A DNA stretch of 30,844 nucleotides, from positions 1 to 30,844 of the IMG/VR virus record IMGVR_UViG_3300030372_004376; one strand, 5' to 3'. This stretch comes from a virus (lineage: Duplodnaviria; Caudoviricetes). The notes beneath the pieces were generated by a model. It was not told the DNA's origin. It made no database searches and was given only the letters and a program-made list of their open reading frames with translations. Below, in pieces: positions 1-8,451 of the stretch (its first letter is position 1; the number at the start of each line of letters is the position of its first letter). A program made the translations under genes and the position numbers.

Positions 1-245
1 TATATAACAATCTCTCTTCGACTAGACTTACCCTTAAGAAATAACGAAGTTTCTTTACTCTTTCTTTTAGTCTCACCGTACATATAAGCTCCCGCAAAAC
101 CAGTAAGAGAAACAAAATAAGCCGCTAATTCTGTAAAGTTAGTTTCGTAATAAGTTCCTAGAATTCCAACAGAAACCCATAATAAAATTATTAGGTAAGT
201 TAAGCATTCTCTCTTTGAACTACAACATCTTTTAATAAATCCCAT
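1..245 (-). CDS. Small membrane protein, possibly holin-like; runs off the window edge and is not in the ORF track
   Basis: Manual translation from ATG at 245: MGFIKRCCSSKRECLTYLIILLWVSVGILGTYYETNFTELAAYFVSLTGFAGAYMYGETKRKSKETSLFLKGKSSRREIVY... Two hydrophobic helices; SSKRE/SSRRE suggests an internal duplication; a late-type promoter lies upstream (270-278). Confidence 0.7.
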   Translation of the reverse strand, partial: MGFIKRCCSSKRECLTYLIILLWVSVGILGTYYETNFTELAAYFVSLTGFAGAYMYGETKRKSKETSLFLKGKSSRREIVI

Positions 246-269
246 TTATGACTCATTATATTATTTGTT

Positions 270-278
270 TATATATTC
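270..278 (-). promoter_or_regulatory. Late-type promoter GAATATATA
   Basis: Matches the recurring RATAWATA motif. The context 264-280 is identical to 6041-6057, and 261-277 is identical to 10162-10178. Confidence 0.65.
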
Positions 279-307
279 AAAGGCTTTTAGATTATTTTTT
301 TTAGGTC

Positions 308-1003
308 TTAATAATTTGTGTAATCTGTAATCACTAATAACATAGGATCATCCTCATCTATTTTAGGATCTACTGATTGTAAAATTTTACTCATAACATC
401 CACTCCCTTTTTCTCTAATGATGCCATTAAATCAAAAAGGTTAGAAGCTCTCATCCAAAAATATCCTCTTCTATCAAAATACTTATTTTCCATAAGACCT
501 TGTGATATTACTTCTTTGTTAAAAGTATCTAAGTCTTCTCTTGAAAAAATTGTAGGAAGATGTATTAACCCTTCTTCAACATTGTAATGAAAAGTTAAAA
601 TTTGCTTATCTTTAATGTCTATTAAACGAGTGTAATCTTTATCATGAGAAATTTTGAAAGTTAACCATTTTAAGTTTGGTAAATTTTCAATAATGTTCCA
701 TAAAAAGAATAAGCTGTTTACCTTAAAATTAGGAGAAGGAATAGCCATTTCTTTATTCTTTTCTAATTCTTTAACTAATCTTTTAGATGTTTGGATAGCT
801 TGTCTAAAACTTTCAACAGATATTTTGTAAATACCTTTGTCCTTTCCTCGAAAAGTGCTTACAGTATTTTTACATTCCTTTAATACTCGTGATATGATTA
901 TACTATCAATATAATCATATTTATGCAAAGTAAAAGAAATGTTGGTGGGGATAGTTAATTCAAAGTTTTCTTCTGTGTACATCATCCTTAAGCTGTTTTT
1001 CAA
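308..1003 (-). CDS. Hypothetical protein (true start probably ATG at 985 or 982)
   Basis: 231-aa ORF co-oriented with its neighbours; no recognisable motif; the listed start codon is TTG. Confidence 0.75.
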   Translation of the reverse strand: MKNSLRMMYTEENFELTIPTNISFTLHKYDYIDSIIISRVLKECKNTVSTFRGKDKGIYKISVESFRQAIQTSKRLVKELEKNKEMAIPSPNFKVNSLFFLWNIIENLPNLKWLTFKISHDKDYTRLIDIKDKQILTFHYNVEEGLIHLPTIFSREDLDTFNKEVISQGLMENKYFDRRGYFWMRASNLFDLMASLEKKGVDVMSKILQSVDPKIDEDDPMLLVITDYTNY

Positions 1004-1382
1004 TTCTCTTCAATGTTTCTACCGTAGTTTCACGATTAAACTTAAGAGCTTCTCTCAGTTCCCTCTCTCCTATTTCATTGATTTTCAAATAAAAATCAAT
1101 AGTTTCTTGGGAAGGTTCCCATACCTTCTCCTTTTTTGTTTTTCGTACCCTGGTATATATCCACCCTGGTACTCTTTTGAACTTTGAAGCAACCATTCTC
1201 CAAGATTCGGCTGCTCCTACTGGATCAGTTCTTAAAGCATTAAATAAATTTGCCTGTATCGGAAATTTAATAGCCATGAACCTATTAACCATAAAACTAT
1301 TTTTAGACTTATCATAAGATTTTAATTTATCCCAATTCGTTGGGCTTGAGAATAAGACTTTGATGTAATCAAATAATTTCAT
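960..1382 (-). CDS. gp62: Clamp loader small subunit (T4 gp62-like)
   Basis: FMVNRFMA, ...KRVPGWIY... and ...RELREALKF parallel the gp62 pattern (YIINRxLS...RFSPW...EKAxxALKIL); size fits; gp44 is nearby. Confidence 0.55.
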   Translation of the reverse strand: MKLFDYIKVLFSSPTNWDKLKSYDKSKNSFMVNRFMAIKFPIQANLFNALRTDPVGAAESWRMVASKFKRVPGWIYTRVRKTKKEKVWEPSQETIDFYLKINEIGERELREALKFNRETTVETLKRIEKQLKDDVHRRKL

Positions 1383-1403
1383 ATATTTTTATATTTATCC
1401 AGA

Positions 1404-2615
1404 TTAAAAAAGTTTACCCTTTTCTTTTTTATCTTTTATGAAAGAAAAATCATTAGTGTCTTCATCAGTATCATCTAACATTCGAGATGTCATACTAATA
1501 TCCTGTTTTGAATACGAAGTACCTTCCAAGAGTTTATTCATTGTAGTTAATTTAGAAACTTCTAAATTCTTTTGTCCGTTAAGTTTTTCTACAGTACGAA
1601 ACATTTCATCTAATATACTTTCTGGAATGGTGGTAGAATTTAATAAAACCAAACTAGCATTTAAGCGGATATTTTTAATTAACTGTTCTTGGCTCATATG
1701 TTTAGCATTAAGTACACGGGATGATATTTGAGCGACATCCAAAACATAATCATTAGTGAAAAAATACATAGGATCTACAGCACCATGTTTTTTCTGAAAT
1801 TCATCTAATATCTTTTGAGCCTTTTTATCACTAACACCATAAGTCCTTTTTTGGCCATTCTTAAGTGTACTTGTATACCAATAAATAGGAGGAACATTAT
1901 CACCAGAATCTCCAGTAAGAACTTTCTTAAAGGCTACATCATGGGGATTAACCTCTAGGATATTCATTTTCTTTGTTTTTAATAAATCAGCAAATAATTT
2001 TTTACTCATAGATTCTGCTGATACATTTGTAAAAATATCCGTAGGTATTTCTGTAGATGCTAACCACTCTGTAAAACCATGATAGGTATAAAGTTTTTTC
2101 TGTACTGGTGAATAAAGAATAGTATGAGCCTTTGTAGAGGTATTACGATTAACTAATTGAATCATATCCTTATCTCCAGTAAATAAAATAACCGACTTAC
2201 CTTTTGCATTACAATGCTGATTCCAAGCATACATAAGATCATCACCTTCTGCTCCTTGTACCTTATGTAATAAAACTCCTCTTTTTAATAATTGCTGTTG
2301 AAACTCCTCGGTTATTTTTGAAAAGTTGGCCCAGTTAATTTTTTTATCTGCTTTACGATTACCTTTGTAATCAGCCTGTGGATGGAAATCTTTTCTCCAT
2401 GAACGAGAATCTAAGGTAAATACGATTCTATCAATAAGACCTTCAAATTTTCTAGTCTCATATGCAAAATCAGTAGCTAATTTTCTCATAAAGGTTTGCA
2501 TATCCTTTTTTGTAGAAAGGATCTCTTTACTCTTGGTCATATAAGGAATGACATAAAGAGTCTTAAAAAGAAAATAATTTCCGTCGATAACTAAAGTATG
2601 TCTGACTGTTTTCAT
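1404..2615 (-). CDS. rnh: T4 RNase H-like 5'-3' exonuclease / flap endonuclease
   Basis: Motifs LVIDGNY, SWRK...YKGNRK, EGDD, TGDKDMIQL and LTGDSGDNVP of the FEN/5'-3' exonuclease family; likely start is ATG 2615 (MKTVRH). Confidence 0.9.
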   Translation of the reverse strand: MKTVRHTLVIDGNYFLFKTLYVIPYMTKSKEILSTKKDMQTFMRKLATDFAYETRKFEGLIDRIVFTLDSRSWRKDFHPQADYKGNRKADKKINWANFSKITEEFQQQLLKRGVLLHKVQGAEGDDLMYAWNQHCNAKGKSVILFTGDKDMIQLVNRNTSTKAHTILYSPVQKKLYTYHGFTEWLASTEIPTDIFTNVSAESMSKKLFADLLKTKKMNILEVNPHDVAFKKVLTGDSGDNVPPIYWYTSTLKNGQKRTYGVSDKKAQKILDEFQKKHGAVDPMYFFTNDYVLDVAQISSRVLNAKHMSQEQLIKNIRLNASLVLLNSTTIPESILDEMFRTVEKLNGQKNLEVSKLTTMNKLLEGTSYSKQDISMTSRMLDDTDEDTNDFSFIKDKKEKGKLF

Positions 2616-2628
2616 AATCTGTTTTAAT

Positions 2629-2659
2629 AATAATAACAAGAATACTTAAAGACTGAAAG
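2629..2659 (-). promoter_or_regulatory. Bipartite motif CTTTCAG-N12-CTTGTTATTATT (copy 1)
   Basis: Both boxes and the spacer length are identical at 20807-20837. Confidence 0.55.
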
Positions 2660-2837
2660 AATTTTCATTTAATTCCTTTAAGATTCTTTTAATTTCTATG
2701 TTAGCATCAATCTTATCAAATTCAGTATGTGGAGTTTTTTCTCTCTCCTGTAATTTAAGATGTATTCTATGTACTGCCCGTCCTAGATCATAATAATTAG
2801 GATATGTTTTAACTAATTCATTTATCAATTCTTCCAT
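2646..2837 (-). CDS. Small hypothetical protein
   Basis: 63-aa ORF; its start overlaps the gp44 stop (TAATG), suggesting translational coupling. Confidence 0.7.
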   Translation of the reverse strand: MEELINELVKTYPNYYDLGRAVHRIHLKLQEREKTPHTEFDKIDANIEIKRILKELNENSFSL

Positions 2838-3799
2838 TATGCTTCATTTAATATAGTTTGTAATTCATATATACAAGCCAACATAGATACTACAGGATCA
2901 ATTACCTGAGACCTTTGTGCTTGGTACTTAGCGACCGTCACTACCACCTGAGGTATAAAGGTCATATAAGATTGTCTTTCGGTTTTTAAGTATTCAATAA
3001 ATTCAGCACCTAATGAAGCAAGAACTTCATCTACTCTACTTGAATAATTAGATACCATGTATTGATAATTTTTAACCGCATCAGTATTATCTACTACCAA
3101 TTCAAAAACATCTTTGAAAATAGAATTAAATTTCTTAATATCTTCAACTTCGATTTTTTCGATTCCTTGAGAAATAAACCCTTGAATTGTATTTAACATA
3201 TTCCTCAAATCTGGAAATTTTCTTCTTACTAATTCTACCGCTGCATGTTTATCAATCTCTACACCTTCTTCTTTACATATATTTAAGATTCTAACAATAT
3301 AGCCTTTCATTATTTCAGATTCCTCTTCTTTAGAGAAATCAAAATCAATCATTTCAAATCTGGACTGAATAGGATCAGGTATTTTATTGATATAATTACA
3401 TGTTGCTATAAAACGAGCATTAACCGAAAATTGGTCCATTGTTGCTCTTAATGCTTTGAAGAACTGATCACTTACACCGTCAATCTCATCAAGTAGAATT
3501 ACCTTCATTTTTCCAGGTTCATCCATTATTGACCTATTGGCACAAAAGTCAGTTATTCTGTTTCTTACAATATCGATAGAAGTATCGGTACTTGCATTAA
3601 TGTAAAGATAAGGATGTTTGAAATGTTTAACCATAACCTTTGCAGCAGAAGTTTTTCCAGTCCCTGGGCTTCCGTGCAAAAGTAAATGTTGATAAACTCC
3701 TTTACTTAATTTCTCTTTAACTCTAGTTGGCGTAATCAAATCATCTAATGTCTTAGGCCTATACTTTTCTGTTAAAAGAATGTTTTGAATGTTTTTCAT
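2837..3799 (-). CDS. gp44: Clamp loader large subunit, AAA+ (T4 gp44 / RFC-like)
   Basis: EKYRPKTL, Walker A GSPGTGKTS, Walker B ILLDEID, PIQSRF (SRC-like), FPDLR. Confidence 0.95.
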   Translation of the reverse strand: MKNIQNILLTEKYRPKTLDDLITPTRVKEKLSKGVYQHLLLHGSPGTGKTSAAKVMVKHFKHPYLYINASTDTSIDIVRNRITDFCANRSIMDEPGKMKVILLDEIDGVSDQFFKALRATMDQFSVNARFIATCNYINKIPDPIQSRFEMIDFDFSKEEESEIMKGYIVRILNICKEEGVEIDKHAAVELVRRKFPDLRNMLNTIQGFISQGIEKIEVEDIKKFNSIFKDVFELVVDNTDAVKNYQYMVSNYSSRVDEVLASLGAEFIEYLKTERQSYMTFIPQVVVTVAKYQAQRSQVIDPVVSMLACIYELQTILNEA

Positions 3800-3817
3800 G
3801 TAGTGTTCCCTTTATTT

Positions 3818-3844
3818 TTATACTCTAAACTATGTGAATTGTTT
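3818..3844 (-). promoter_or_regulatory. Pre-replicative promoter AAACA-N16-GTATAA
   Basis: The exact motif and spacing recur upstream of four genes. Confidence 0.7.
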
Positions 3845-3849
3845 AAGGA

Positions 3850-3858
3850 GAATAAATA
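3850..3858 (+). promoter_or_regulatory. Late-type promoter GAATAAATA
   Basis: T4 late-like (TATAAATA variant), 6 nt before the ATG at 3865. Confidence 0.6.
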
Positions 3859-3864
3859 ATTTAT

Positions 3865-4680
3865 ATGATACGACACAGAGGAAAGACTAAAAAAGCTGCC
3901 ATCATTCAAGGTGGTAGAAAAGGAAGAATTAAAAAAATCTCGCATCCTGCTTTACAGGAAGTTAGGAATGAAGTACATTCACAAAATCGAACTTTCCTTA
4001 AAAAACAAAGACCAGCAGTTATTAAGTCAAAAAGAGGTTCTGATGAGCCGGTCTTTGATTGGAATAAAGTTAATTTCAGTAAAGTAGAACCTATCTGGAA
4101 AGGAGAAACTGCATTTATTATAGGTGGTGGACCTTCACTTGAGAAATTTGATTTTAAGCAATTAAAATACAAAAAAACCATCGCTATAAATAAAGCAGTA
4201 CAATTTTATCCAGAAGCTGATATTTTATATTGGACCGATTCACGTGTATATAGTTGGTACAAAAAAGAGATTGATAATTTCAAAGGGGATAAGTATACTA
4301 TTAAACCTTTTCATGTTCCTAAAGATGTTAAAGCATTAAGAAATACTGGAAAGACTGGTTTAGAATATGATCCTACTGGTCTTAGGCATGGTAATAATAG
4401 TGGTTATGCAGCTATCAATTTAGCATTTCATTTAGGAGTGAAAAGAATAATTCTTTTAGGTTTTGATATGGGAAACACTGGAGGAAAAAGCCATTTTCAC
4501 GAAGGATACCCAGTCAAAAAAACTCAGGATAAAACCTATGAAATGACAATGGCACCTTGTTTTTTAAGTTTAGTAGAACCACTCAAAAGAAAAAAGGTTG
4601 AAGTAATAAATGCTAATCCTAATAGTAAATTAAATTGTTTTCCTAAACTTCCTATAGGAAAATGTTTACACTTTAGTTGA
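3865..4680 (+). CDS. DUF115 / Maf / MptE-like (sialyltransferase-like fold) protein with a basic N-terminal extension
   Basis: GETAFIIGGGPSL, TIAIN, NSGYAAINLAFHLG, IILLGFDM and VINAN are typical of this family; it is the only credible plus-strand gene. Confidence 0.75.
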   Translation: MIRHRGKTKKAAIIQGGRKGRIKKISHPALQEVRNEVHSQNRTFLKKQRPAVIKSKRGSDEPVFDWNKVNFSKVEPIWKGETAFIIGGGPSLEKFDFKQLKYKKTIAINKAVQFYPEADILYWTDSRVYSWYKKEIDNFKGDKYTIKPFHVPKDVKALRNTGKTGLEYDPTGLRHGNNSGYAAINLAFHLGVKRIILLGFDMGNTGGKSHFHEGYPVKKTQDKTYEMTMAPCFLSLVEPLKRKKVEVINANPNSKLNCFPKLPIGKCLHFS

Positions 4681-5157
4681 TCTCTTAACATAAGTTAAGA
4701 ATTCTCTCTGTTCACCTTTTACTAATTTTTTACATGCTTTTAGAAATTTAACAGAAGAATCAATTATTCTTTGGTCTATAACCTGGTTTTTAGAATTATG
4801 AACCTTTTTACATTTTTTACAAACAAGGTTCTCTACTTTCTTATAGGACATTTTTGATTTGATATCCACTTTACATATTGCGCATTCCCAATCAACAAAA
4901 CCCATATCTTGTCCTATCTCTTTAAGAGTAGAGAATGTAGTTCTAAAAGGATTCCAATATAATTTTTTGAGACTCTTTTCATGTTCATTGAGATCTTCTA
5001 TTCTGAACATTACTTCTAAGGCTTGTGTATCTTCATTTAAGAATCTAAAGAAATCATTATCCAAGATCAATTGTTGCTTAGAAGGCGGCAAATTCTCTAA
5101 AAGAATTCCGTGCCGCCTTTTATACCATCCGAAGTTAATTTTTCTAATTTTATACAT
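4666..5157 (-). CDS. Hypothetical zinc-finger protein
   Basis: CAIC...CKKC pair; overlaps the upstream gene's stop. Confidence 0.7.
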   Translation of the reverse strand: MYKIRKINFGWYKRRHGILLENLPPSKQQLILDNDFFRFLNEDTQALEVMFRIEDLNEHEKSLKKLYWNPFRTTFSTLKEIGQDMGFVDWECAICKVDIKSKMSYKKVENLVCKKCKKVHNSKNQVIDQRIIDSSVKFLKACKKLVKGEQREFLTYVKRSTKV

Positions 5158-6025
5158 CTAGGTATATTTTTAAGATATCTAAATCTTCTTCTATCTCACT
5201 TAATGTTTCTGCTAAATAATAATACTGACCTATAAAAGTACTTTCACTAGCAGACCCGGTTGCTTTTTCTAAAGTTTGTTCTGCTGTTTTTAATTCCTTT
5301 TCTCTTTTACCCAATATTCCTTCAGCCTTCTTAACCATATCATCATTTCCTGCTTCTTTCTGCTTTTTAATAAGACCTTTTACATCATCTATTTTTTTCT
5401 TAATAGCCTTGATGTTTTCTTTCATAGCATCAATCTCTTTCTTACCAGGTTTTGGTGGCGGTTGAGTAGTTGCAGTCGCTGCATCCGAAGTTCCATCTGG
5501 AGAATCTTGTGCCTCAGATTCATAATCTTTTAATGCCTGTTGAGCATCTTTAGCTTTTTGTTGATTCTTTTTAATTCTAATCTGTAGCATTTTATTTTCT
5601 GTACCATCAGCTGCTTTAATAGCAATTTCAGAAGCTGCTACTTTAGCCTTACTTTTAGCCAATGTTGCTACTTTCTTAAGACCATCATTAGATGCTAAAT
5701 TATCCATCCTCATTCCGATAGTGGTAGCCTGATTACCTAGTTGAGTATTCTTAGCCTTATTAGCTTGATTTAATACCTCAGTTTCTTCTTTAGTTCTTTG
5801 GCCTTTTGTCTTAGCTTTTTTCTTTGCATAATCTAAATCATTAAGTGCTTGGTTAACTAATGCCTTTTGATATTTCTTAGCATTATTTTTAATTTTAAGA
5901 TATTTAATAGGGCTTCCTAAAACATCACCTATTTTTTCAGTTAATACATTATCTAATTCCGTTTCAAATGTATTACATGATTCAATTAAAAGGCTATGAG
6001 ATTCATATGATAATAATAGTTTCAT
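5150..6025 (-). CDS. Lys/Ala-rich coiled-coil protein, probable internal head protein
   Basis: Lies downstream of gp23 with its own late promoter; the N-terminus has SYE/LIE/LTE motifs resembling gp21 cleavage sites. Confidence 0.6.
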   Translation of the reverse strand: MKLLLSYESHSLLIESCNTFETELDNVLTEKIGDVLGSPIKYLKIKNNAKKYQKALVNQALNDLDYAKKKAKTKGQRTKEETEVLNQANKAKNTQLGNQATTIGMRMDNLASNDGLKKVATLAKSKAKVAASEIAIKAADGTENKMLQIRIKKNQQKAKDAQQALKDYESEAQDSPDGTSDAATATTQPPPKPGKKEIDAMKENIKAIKKKIDDVKGLIKKQKEAGNDDMVKKAEGILGKREKELKTAEQTLEKATGSASESTFIGQYYYLAETLSEIEEDLDILKIYLDV

Positions 6026-6046
6026 TGTATGTTAGATTATTTTGTT

Positions 6047-6055
6047 TATATATTC
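6047..6055 (-). promoter_or_regulatory. Late-type promoter GAATATATA
   Basis: RATAWATA motif just downstream of the gp23 terminator. Confidence 0.65.
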
Positions 6056-6069
6056 AAGAAACTTGTGAC

Positions 6070-6102
6070 AAAAAAAGAGCCTCTCTTTCGAGAAGCTCTT
6101 TT
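6070..6102 (-). terminator. Intrinsic terminator of the major capsid gene
   Basis: GAGCTTCTC-GAAA-GAGAGGCTC followed by T7. Confidence 0.85.
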
Positions 6103-6121
6103 AATAAAGATATGTTTAAGA

Positions 6122-7867
6122 TTATACAATCTCAACTCCATTTCCAAATAAGAACTGAAGAGTATAGTACATAGTCTCTGGGTGGAAACCTGCATCTACT
6201 AAAGCAAATCTAGATTTTACAGCGATTTTTGGCGCCATAGTACCTTCTGCGATAGTTTCAACAGACTCAGCCATTAAGTAAGGCATAAATACCAAACCTG
6301 GAGAGTTTCCGTCACCTTTACGACCGATAGCAACTCTTGTATCGTTCCATGCCATTGTAGGATCAACATAAACTGTTACACCTGCAATTGCACCGATTGG
6401 ATATAAAGATCCACCAGCTTGATTCACCGTGTTTGAAAGTGGGTAAGGAACGAATCCTGCGATATCTTGTAAAGCAGTTCCGATCTGTCCACCGCATACA
6501 GCGAATGTAGCAGGACCTCTTCTTCCTCTAACAGAAATTAAGTTAGTTCCAGCAAGAATCTTAGAAAGTAATCTTCTTTGAAGAGTACCTTGAGTTTCTC
6601 CACCTGTACCAACTTGTACTGAAGGCTTAGTTAAAGTAATATCAACGTTGTTAGTATTACCTGGACCTAAGTTGAAGTTTCCAGTACCAGCACCGATAGT
6701 AAATGCTTCAGATAAATTGAAGCCATCAGTGTTCTGTACATTCTGTGCGTTAGTTGCACCGTTTCTGAAGATTCTAGACAAGATCAATTTGTTGATTGAC
6801 TGAGTCAATTCATTAACTAATACAGCTTCTACTTGAGCTACTGCATCAATACCAAATTGCTTAAGGTCTTGTACTTGTTCTCTAGTTACACCTGCAGCAA
6901 CTTGGAAAGTTTGTGCAGCAACAGATTTGTTGAACAAGTTAAGTCCAATTAAGTTGTCTGGAGTCTCTTCTCCTTGACCTCTTAAGTAAGGATCGTTTGA
7001 ACCGATGTTTGGATAACCTGGTAGGTTAGCAGCACCAGCATCTGGTTGGTTTATACCAGCTCCACCAGCATTAGCGAAAGCATCACCAGAAAAACCAGTT
7101 ACGTGATCTTCTAGAGCTCTAACTAATTCAGCAGGACCATCGAATGCACCTAAAGCAGTTGCACCAGCGATAGTAGCTGTGTCAAAATAGTTAAGACCGG
7201 TATTTACAGCAGCAGAGATTGCTTCTGGAGCAGACTCTGAACCTTGTTGGTAAAGACCACCAGCAACATCACCATTAGGAGCCATTGCTCTTACTCTGAA
7301 AATTGGGAATCCATCAATTCTTGATTGTTTGATGAAAGTTAATTCATAAGAGTGAGCAGTTGTTCCTGCAGCACCAGCATAGATTACCTCACCTTCAGTT
7401 AAAGCAGCAATTTCACCAGTAGATGTCATTGGAACTTTAATCATTAATGGAGAAGCTAAATCATTAGCTTGGATTCTACCTCCTGCATATACGAAGTCTA
7501 GGTAAGTAAGAACTCCCATAGGACCTTGCATTGGTACAACAGGTACTAAGTCTAAACCTACAGTCTGAGCAGCAACTTGCATTGCAAGTGGAAGCAAAGA
7601 AAAAGGTCTATCACCTGATCCAGTTTGTTGACCAGCGAACTGGTTTAATGTACCTGGATCGCCAGGAAGAGCAACATTGCCCATACCTGGAACATTTACG
7701 TTAGGGTTAAGGTGTACTTGGTTCCAAACACTTTCGTTTAGGTTATGGTAGTGACAGTATTTCGACATCCAAGATAACTTGTTTTTGTCAGTCACACCAG
7801 TAGCCTCCTCGATGATTGGGCCCCATGTTTTTTGCACCTCAGCCTCATTAATCATTTGATTATACAT
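6122..7867 (-). CDS. gp23: Major capsid protein (T4 gp23-like)
   Basis: KTWGPII, DLVPVVPMQGPMG, EQVQDLK, ELTQSINK, G-L-V-F-M-P-Y, PKIAVKSRFAL match the gp23 family; lies downstream of portal and protease. Confidence 0.95.
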   Translation of the reverse strand: MYNQMINEAEVQKTWGPIIEEATGVTDKNKLSWMSKYCHYHNLNESVWNQVHLNPNVNVPGMGNVALPGDPGTLNQFAGQQTGSGDRPFSLLPLAMQVAAQTVGLDLVPVVPMQGPMGVLTYLDFVYAGGRIQANDLASPLMIKVPMTSTGEIAALTEGEVIYAGAAGTTAHSYELTFIKQSRIDGFPIFRVRAMAPNGDVAGGLYQQGSESAPEAISAAVNTGLNYFDTATIAGATALGAFDGPAELVRALEDHVTGFSGDAFANAGGAGINQPDAGAANLPGYPNIGSNDPYLRGQGEETPDNLIGLNLFNKSVAAQTFQVAAGVTREQVQDLKQFGIDAVAQVEAVLVNELTQSINKLILSRIFRNGATNAQNVQNTDGFNLSEAFTIGAGTGNFNLGPGNTNNVDITLTKPSVQVGTGGETQGTLQRRLLSKILAGTNLISVRGRRGPATFAVCGGQIGTALQDIAGFVPYPLSNTVNQAGGSLYPIGAIAGVTVYVDPTMAWNDTRVAIGRKGDGNSPGLVFMPYLMAESVETIAEGTMAPKIAVKSRFALVDAGFHPETMYYTLQFLFGNGVEIV

Positions 7868-7947
7868 TTTTCGTAATTTTTTTTAACGAGTTTTTAGTTT
7901 TTATTTAATCTTTAGCTTTTTGCTTCTTAGCTTTTAGATTACAGTAT

Positions 7948-7955
7948 TATATATC
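7948..7955 (-). promoter_or_regulatory. Late-type promoter GATATATA for gp23
   Basis: RATAWATA motif about 80 nt upstream of the capsid ATG. Confidence 0.6.
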
Positions 7956-8001
7956 TACTCCATTCTAAGTTTTTCTAATTTATATTATATTACTAGAGGG
8001 C

Positions 8002-8038
8002 AAAAAGAAACCTCGATACAATTAAGTACCGAGGTTCT
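8002..8038 (-). terminator. Intrinsic terminator
   Basis: AGAACCTCGGTAC-TTAATT-GTATCGAGGTTTCT followed by a T-run. Confidence 0.8.
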
Positions 8039-8060
8039 CTCAACGTGATTTTATCTAGTT

Positions 8061-8285
8061 TTACTTCCTATCTAAAAGCTTCACCAAAATGATCACCGCT
8101 AGTAACCCAACAAAGCCTGAATTACCTAGTGATTCAATTAAGCCCGTTACATTTCCAACAACGTCGATTCCAAAAACAGCTCCTCCAAAAAGTATCTGAA
8201 CTAAAACACCTACAGTTAGTAAAGTGATTAGTAAATCAGAAACTCCTCCGAAAAACTTTTTAATGGTTCCAAATATATTGTCCAT
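8061..8285 (-). CDS. Small two-helix membrane protein
   Basis: 74 aa, two Gly-rich hydrophobic segments, basic C-terminus; has its own promoter and terminator. Confidence 0.8.
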   Translation of the reverse strand: MDNIFGTIKKFFGGVSDLLITLLTVGVLVQILFGGAVFGIDVVGNVTGLIESLGNSGFVGLLAVIILVKLLDRK

Positions 8286-8346
8286 AGTATTAGATTTTTT
8301 TTAATGGAAATCTGCTTACGCGTCTAACTAGATTTTCCATTCTAGA

Positions 8347-8354
8347 TATTTATT
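8347..8354 (-). promoter_or_regulatory. Late-type promoter AATAAATA
   Basis: RATAWATA motif between the upstream terminator and a 5' hairpin. Confidence 0.55.
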
Positions 8355-8389
8355 TTGGTAATATATTGTAAAACTCTTCGTTTTTGTGC

Positions 8390-8422
8390 AAAAAGAAACC
8401 CGGCATTAAAACCGGGTTTTCT
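8390..8422 (-). terminator. Intrinsic terminator after the protease-scaffold gene
   Basis: AAACCCGG-TTTTAATG-CCGGGTTT followed by CTTTTT. Confidence 0.8.
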
Positions 8423-8451
8423 ATAGTATTTTAGATTATATTTTCTCTAAA

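Noticed and set aside
2616-2639. N-terminal extensions in the track for rnh (MLLLLKQI) and for 28509-29513
   Set aside because: The first overlaps a regulatory motif and the second overlaps the upstream gene; downstream ATGs at 2615 and 29447 fit better.
7868-8451. tRNA genes in the larger intergenic gaps
   Set aside because: No cloverleaf or T-loop GTTC signature was seen; the hairpins are explained as terminators or leaders.
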